A stretch of DNA of 63,863 nucleotides, the filler included, from Folioceros fuciformis (lineage: Eukaryota): assembly GCA_049999805.1 (NCBI GenBank). It is 21 parts of 21 records of this genome, joined end to end, with 100 filler letters (N's around TTAATTAATTAA, not from the genome) between each part and the next. Parts side by side here need not be neighbours in the genome. Positions count along the whole stretch, not along the records: positions 58,182 to 62,555 come from JBNGIO010000568.1; positions 62,656 to 63,863 come from JBNGIO010000571.1; 19 more parts are not named here. The stretch is one strand, 5' to 3'. The notes beneath the pieces were generated by a model. It saw only the letters and a list, made by a program, of their open reading frames with translations. It made no database searches and was not told the DNA's origin. This document shows, one piece after another, positions 58,370 to 63,863 of the stretch (positions are counted from its first letter, which is position 1; each line of letters opens with the position of its first letter). The translations under genes were made by a program, and so were the position numbers.

Positions 58370-61300
58370 TGATCGGATAAATCCATACTTTTATATACAA
58401 GGGAATAGAAGCATATTTCTATTCAGAATAATACATTACATTAAATAATACAAGTGTTGGTCATATATACTAAGTAACCCCTAACTAAGTGCCCTTTGGA
58501 TATACGAACCCTAACTAGTTATAACATAACCCTAACCCTAAGTGACGTTAAGCTTATGCCCTAATACCCTCCCTTAAGCGTACGAGCTTAGGGAGGCATC
58601 CAAAGGTCAGTCACGAGGAGCAGACAGCGGCTGGTTGTGGGGATGATGCAATTACGCCCAACAACCTTCATTGAGTGCACACCTGTGTGCCCGAGCTGGC
58701 AGGGATGGCTACAAGTATCGCGGCAGCTGACACTGCCTTCATCATAGCTATTTGCACTTGCGTGCAAATCCTCAGTCTATTGCTGGTGGCAACCATGGCT
58801 CCCAAACGTGAGGCAGGAGGCAAGAAGGCTAAGGAGTGGGATGAACGCCATGTCCTGGGCTCGTGTGTGACGGTCAGTGGGTGGAAGATCTCCCTTGAAG
58901 TTAAAGTATGCTGGAGTAAGCCTGTGAGGTTGAAGGAGAGCTGTATCCTACTAGCAAACGTGGGAGATAGCGCCTGCTTGCTCAAACCACTTCACAAAGC
59001 AGAGAAGTTGCTCCAGCTGCTCAAAGAGAAGCAAGAGAGGGAGAGGTGATCATCCAGCACCCAGGTCAGATTCAAAACGCGAAGCTTCATCCACCTGCTG
59101 CTAGTATTAAGATACTGCTGTTATTGCTGCTTAACAGTCTACTGCTAATGAGCACGATGCTGCTATGTAACCCTCCCTGTCTCATCACTGTAGGCAGAAA
59201 AACAGAAGACACCAGGCGGCTGGAAACAAAGCACAACTGTAACAACAACATCAGAGGACTAGGTCTTCACCCGTAAGGCCCCCTCTCACTATACATTGAA
59301 GTACTGGCTGTAATTAAACAGTCCAAGGCCGTCCATACGTTTTTGATGTTTGTCTTTGGGCAGGGCCTTTGTTAGGATGTCAACTGTGTTGCCATCTGTA
59401 GGCACATAAAGGATTTTAACGATTCCCCTCTCAACTGCATTCCTAACATAGTGGTGGTGGATCTCGATATGTTTCGTCCGTGCATGGAAGCGAGGGTTAG
59501 CCACCATGGCGATCGTAGACTGGTTGTCACAAAAGAGGCGAGTGGGACCATCCTGTGTCTCTCCTATATCTTTCAAAAATGCACGCTCCCATTCAACTTC
59601 TTTTGTGGCATCGGTAAGGGACTTATATTCAGCCTCAGTGCTGGATAGGGCTATACTGGTCTACTTCTTGTAGCTCCAGCTGACAGCTGCTTGGGACAAG
59701 AGGAAAGCATACGTGGAAAGGCTTTTTCTGGAGTCATTGTCAGAAGCCCAGTCAGCATCAGTGAACCCTTGCAAAGATAAGTGTCTCTTACCACTGCTCC
59801 TGTAGCATAGGCCTATATGGTGAGTCCCTTTCAAGTATTGAAATATTCTCTTTATGGTAGTCCAGTGGGCATGACCAGGATGCTCTTAGAACTGTGAAAC
59901 AGTGCTGACTGAGTGTTGGATGTTGGGTCGTGTCTAGTTACTAACAAAACTTAGACTACCTACAGCATGACGATATGGAACGTCCTGCATGTCCAGCTGG
60001 TCAGCTTCAGTTGTGGCACATTCATATCTCGTGAGCTTGGCACCTACTACACCTAGAGTAGCTGATGGATGTGCCTGGCCCATGTTGAACTTGTGCAGAA
60101 TCTCTGTTATGTATTTATGTTGGTGTATTATGAGCAGTCCCTTAGAACGGACCCTTAACACTTGAATACCAAGGCAAAATAGGAGATCTCCACTGTCTGT
60201 CATCTCAAATGTTTCCCTTAACATGTCCTTAACGTGTGTGAGTAGGGATGTGTCGTAGGCTGCAAGTATCACGTCGTCTACATAAAGGGCAAGAATCATG
60301 TAAGTATCCCCTTTTTGCAACACATACACATTTGAGTCCACTTGGCATTGGTGAAAACCAAGGCCTTTAAGAGCTTTGTCACAACGCTTATACCCGCGTT
60401 ATGCACTTTGCTTCAACCCATATAAGCATTTGATTAACTGACACACGTAATCGAGATGTGCAGGATCGGCATATCCTTCAGGCTGTTCCATATACAGCTC
60501 TTCCTCAAGGATGCCATGGAGGAAAGCAATGTAGACATCCATCTGCTGCAGTTCTAGATCATACTCAGCTGCTAGGGCAAATATCAGCCTAAGGGATTGA
60601 GCACAAACTACAGGAGACAATGTCTCCTGATAGTCCAAGCCAGCAATTTGTGTGAAACCCCGAGCACACAAACGTGCTTTGTATCTTGCTATTTTTCTCT
60701 CTGCATTGAGTTTGTGTTTGAACACCCATTTACAAGTAATAGGTTTTCTATTGGCAGGCCTAGGAACTAGCTTCCATGTTTTGTTTTTTATCAAGTTGTT
60801 ATATTCGTCGTTTACTGTGATTTTTCATTTATCCTTGTCTGGTCCAGTGAAAGCTTCTGTAAGGCTAATTGGCTCTGCTGGAATAGAAGGGGGAGATGTA
60901 ACAGCTCGTGCATGATGGCGGAAATCAACATACTGGTATCTTGGTTCCTTCCACTCTGAAGGTGGAGGTCTTTGGCGAGCTGATCGTCGTGAACCAGCAT
61001 CTTCATCCACGAGAGGGGCCATAGCCATAGGATGAGGGATGTCAACAACCTCATGCCCGACATCTTCATCTACAGGTTGGCCAGCCTCTTTGAGAAGGTT
61101 TTGTTGTTCCTCCCGTGCTTGGTCATGATCATCATAGAGTACATCTGGCATTGGGGCAAGCTCCTGTTGTTGGTCAAGAGCAGCATCCAGGTCGCCTAGA
61201 GGGTTTGGAGGTGGATCTGCCATGTCTCCTAACACTTGTGGTTCAGGGTCAGCATCATCAGGGTAGAAGGAAAATAGTCCGACAGGTTCGTCAAGCTCAT

Positions 61301-62555
61301 CATCAACACTAGTGATAGGTTCTGAGACGAGTCTACTTTTCTCGTCAACAGGTTGAAGTGGTTCTACAAAGGTGACGCTTTTTGCTAGAACCAATTGTTG
61401 TGATGTTGGATCAAGCAGCTTGTATGCTTTCACGTGTTCACTATAACCAATAAATGTTAAGCAGCGAGAACGATTGTCTAACTTCCTACGCTTCTCTGCA
61501 GGGATATAAGCATAGGCCTTGGATCCAAAAATCCTGAGGTGAAGGAGACTAGGTTTCCGTTTCCAGACAAGCTCAAAAGGTGTGGCAGAGGCAAGGGAGC
61601 TAGTGGGCAGTCTGTTCAGTATGTACGTAGAGGTCACTATAGCTTCAGCCCAATAGGAAGAAGGTAAGCCTGCCCTTAATAACATAGTTCGAGTCATACG
61701 CATCAGTGTTTGGTTTTTACGTTCAGCAACTCCATTCTGCTGCTGTGTGTAAGGGACTATTAGCTGATGGATAATGCCTTCTTCTGCCACGTAATTGGTG
61801 AACGAGTGGTTGACAAACTTTGTCCCATTATCAGATCGAAAAAATCTTGAGGAGAAGGCCTGTCTACCGCTGGACAAGGAGTAACCAGTCCTGGAACAAC
61901 CCAAAAGTCTCATTCTTGTGTTTCATGGGAAAGCTCTATGTATATCGAGTATAATCATCAGTAATGGTCAAGTAATATTCTGCCCCTCCAAGTGAAGGAA
62001 CCTGGAGATGGCCAGAGATGTCAGAGTGAACAAGGTCTAAAAGTTGTGAAGACCTGTGAGTAGAGGCAGAAGGGAAAGGTTGCTCCTTCTGCTTGGCGAG
62101 GGCACAGATCTCACAGAGTGGCAGTTCCTTCAAACCAGAAGGTAAGGGTTCCCTAAAAAGGTTTGACTTTGACATAGCAGCCATTGTGGTCCTGTTAACA
62201 TGCCCCAAACAGGCATGCCATAGGACAGATTGCTGCTTGGTTGTAAGGTTGCCTACACTTGCTGAATATGCCTTGTTCTTGTGACCAGGTAAACAAATGA
62301 TGTCAAGACGGTATAGATCATGATCTGGTGTAGCCTTAAGGACACAAGTGGCTGGTGAAGCTTTCCTAAAGAAACAACAGCAGTTATCTTGAGAGGTGAG
62401 CTCAAAAATCTTGAGCTGTAGAAGTTTGCTCAAGGACAGGAGTTTTTTGGCCATGTGTGGCACAAAAAGAACATCTGTGAGAGTCAGTATTGACTCCTCA
62501 CTCAATCGAAAGTTGCAGCACCCTTGGCCTTGGATCTGCAGACTTGTGGCTTTTT
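58370..62555 (-). mobile_element. Ty1/copia element: PR tail-INT-RT-RNase H (62555-59289), ~0.7-kb 3' region, PPT (~58577-58567), 3' LTR (58566-58370)
   Basis: LWHACLGHVN, LDLVHSDI, RSDNGTKF, QQNGVAERKN, YKARLCARGF, LYVDD, HARTKHIEIHHHY. PPT TTAAGGGAGGG followed by TATTAGG...CCGATCA. Confidence 0.93.
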
Positions 62556-62655
62556 NNNNNNNNNNNNNNNNNNNNNNNNNNNNNNNNNNNNNNNNNNNNT
62601 TAATTAATTAANNNNNNNNNNNNNNNNNNNNNNNNNNNNNNNNNNNNNNNNNNNN

Positions 62656-63863
62656 GAAGAGAAGTGTTTGTATTTGTTCATACCATAATTGATGGCTGCT
62701 CGCATCGCTTCGACCAAAGTTGCTAGGTTCGTTTGGTTCACATCCGCTCTCATTTCGAATTTCAGTCCGTCGATGAATTTCTCGATCTTTTGCTCCTCAT
62801 CCAACCTGGGCATGTCAAGCGTGAGTTGGAGAAACTTATCACAGTACTCTTGTACACTACCTTGTTGGAATATCTTTTGGAATTGTTGATACAAGTCTCT
62901 ACGATGATTCACTGGTAGGAACTGTTCCAAGAAGAGCTCCTTGAGGACTGGCCAAGAGTACACAGGCAGTTCCATGCCGAGGTCCATCTGTTTTTCTCTC
63001 TAGCGCCACCAACGGTAGGCACATCCTTCAAGCAACATCACGTAGAACGGGATCGTTTGCAAATCGTCTTTGTCAGAGGCTACAAGGTACTTGTTGAGTT
63101 TGTCCAACCAGTCATGCACACTTTGAGCATCTTTGGCACTTCCGTCGAACGTTGTGGTCTTGATTTTCTGGTGTAACTCCTTGTCGAGCTAGGGCTTCGG
63201 TTTGAACGGGTATTCTTCTCCCCCTTGAGCTTCTCCACTCGATCGACCTCGTTGGCGCTCCCAACGCTCATATCTCATCATCTGCAGACGCCTCACCATT
63301 GCTTTGATGCACCTCTGCAACCGATTCTCGACCTCCTCTCAAGCCAGGAGGCGGCGAGTGTGTTCCCGGCTCTAGCGCTCCTGGGGAGCTGGCACGTCTG
63401 CGATTTCTGGCCCCGGTGGTGGAACGAGGGGGAGATGGCCTCCTGAGGAATCACGAAGGTGCTGTTGTGCGCGGCGGCACACCCTCTCTCCAATTCCTTT
63501 GAATGGGTCTTCTTCCTCGCTTGTGCTGGAGATTGCTGGTTCCTCTGCTAGGGTCAAGGCGCGATTATCCATGCTACCTTTCTTGGAGAAATTTCCAAGT
63601 CTCCTCCTGGTTTCTGCCCTCCTCCTGGTTGGTCCGTTCTCTGTCGCTGGTGATGGTTGCTGGGAAGCTGCTGCTACCACCTCTAGGTGCTCCCGAACTC
63701 GGCCTCTAGATCCTAGCTGCCGACCTTGATCCTAGATCTAAGGGTGGCTAGCTCATAGGCTCTGATACCAAAGATGTTACGGGGCAGCTCTGGATTCCAG
63801 CTTTGGGAAAATGGACGTTCTCTTCATGTTCGGATTCGCTACAAATACATGTGTGTGAGCAGT
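62656..63863 (-). mobile_element. Ty3/gypsy 5' end: partial LTR (63863-63775), PBS tRNA-iMet (63770-63759), degenerate gag
   Basis: ...GTAACA-TCTT-TGGTATCAGAGC; gag SWPVLKELFLEQFLP..QQGSVQEYCDKF..KFIDGLK. Confidence 0.9.

Noticed and set aside
58485-58565. Telomere or interstitial telomeric array
   Set aside because: Only scattered AACCCTA motifs inside an LTR; similar motifs at 46135-46170 are also degenerate.

Overview
This is not one locus. It is 21 short contigs of a eukaryotic, land-plant genome, joined by an artificial 100-bp linker (44 N + TTAATTAATTAA + 44 N). A seed-free plant such as a lycophyte or fern is my inference from the PPR style and the transposon content. Two host genes are intact, both on the minus strand of contig 9488-21106: a 5-exon type-I pectin methylesterase and a 10-exon MATH/TRAF-domain coiled-coil protein. 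A PLS-class PPR fragment with near-identical triplets is also open. Most of the rest is nested, decayed transposons: many Ty1/copia pieces (some with non-canonical TA..TA or TA..CA LTR ends and long 3' regions), Ty3/gypsy pieces, a 5'-truncated L1 with its TSD, tandem repeats, and an OPR fragment captured next to a PPT/LTR. The most interesting signal has three parts: (i) a degenerate bacterial-type beta-class amino-DNA methyltransferase (N4C/N6A, N6_N4_Mtase-like) at 7495-8395; (ii) on another contig, a ParB/Sulfiredoxin-like gene head-to-head with a Cys-rich DUF7869/Sola-like transposase N-terminus; (iii) a repeated ~26-38 bp palindrome in the introns of both of those genes. Together these suggest a large DNA transposon carrying ParB plus DNA-methyltransferase cargo. 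The linkage across contigs is inference only, and all family calls come from motif recognition by eye, not database searches.
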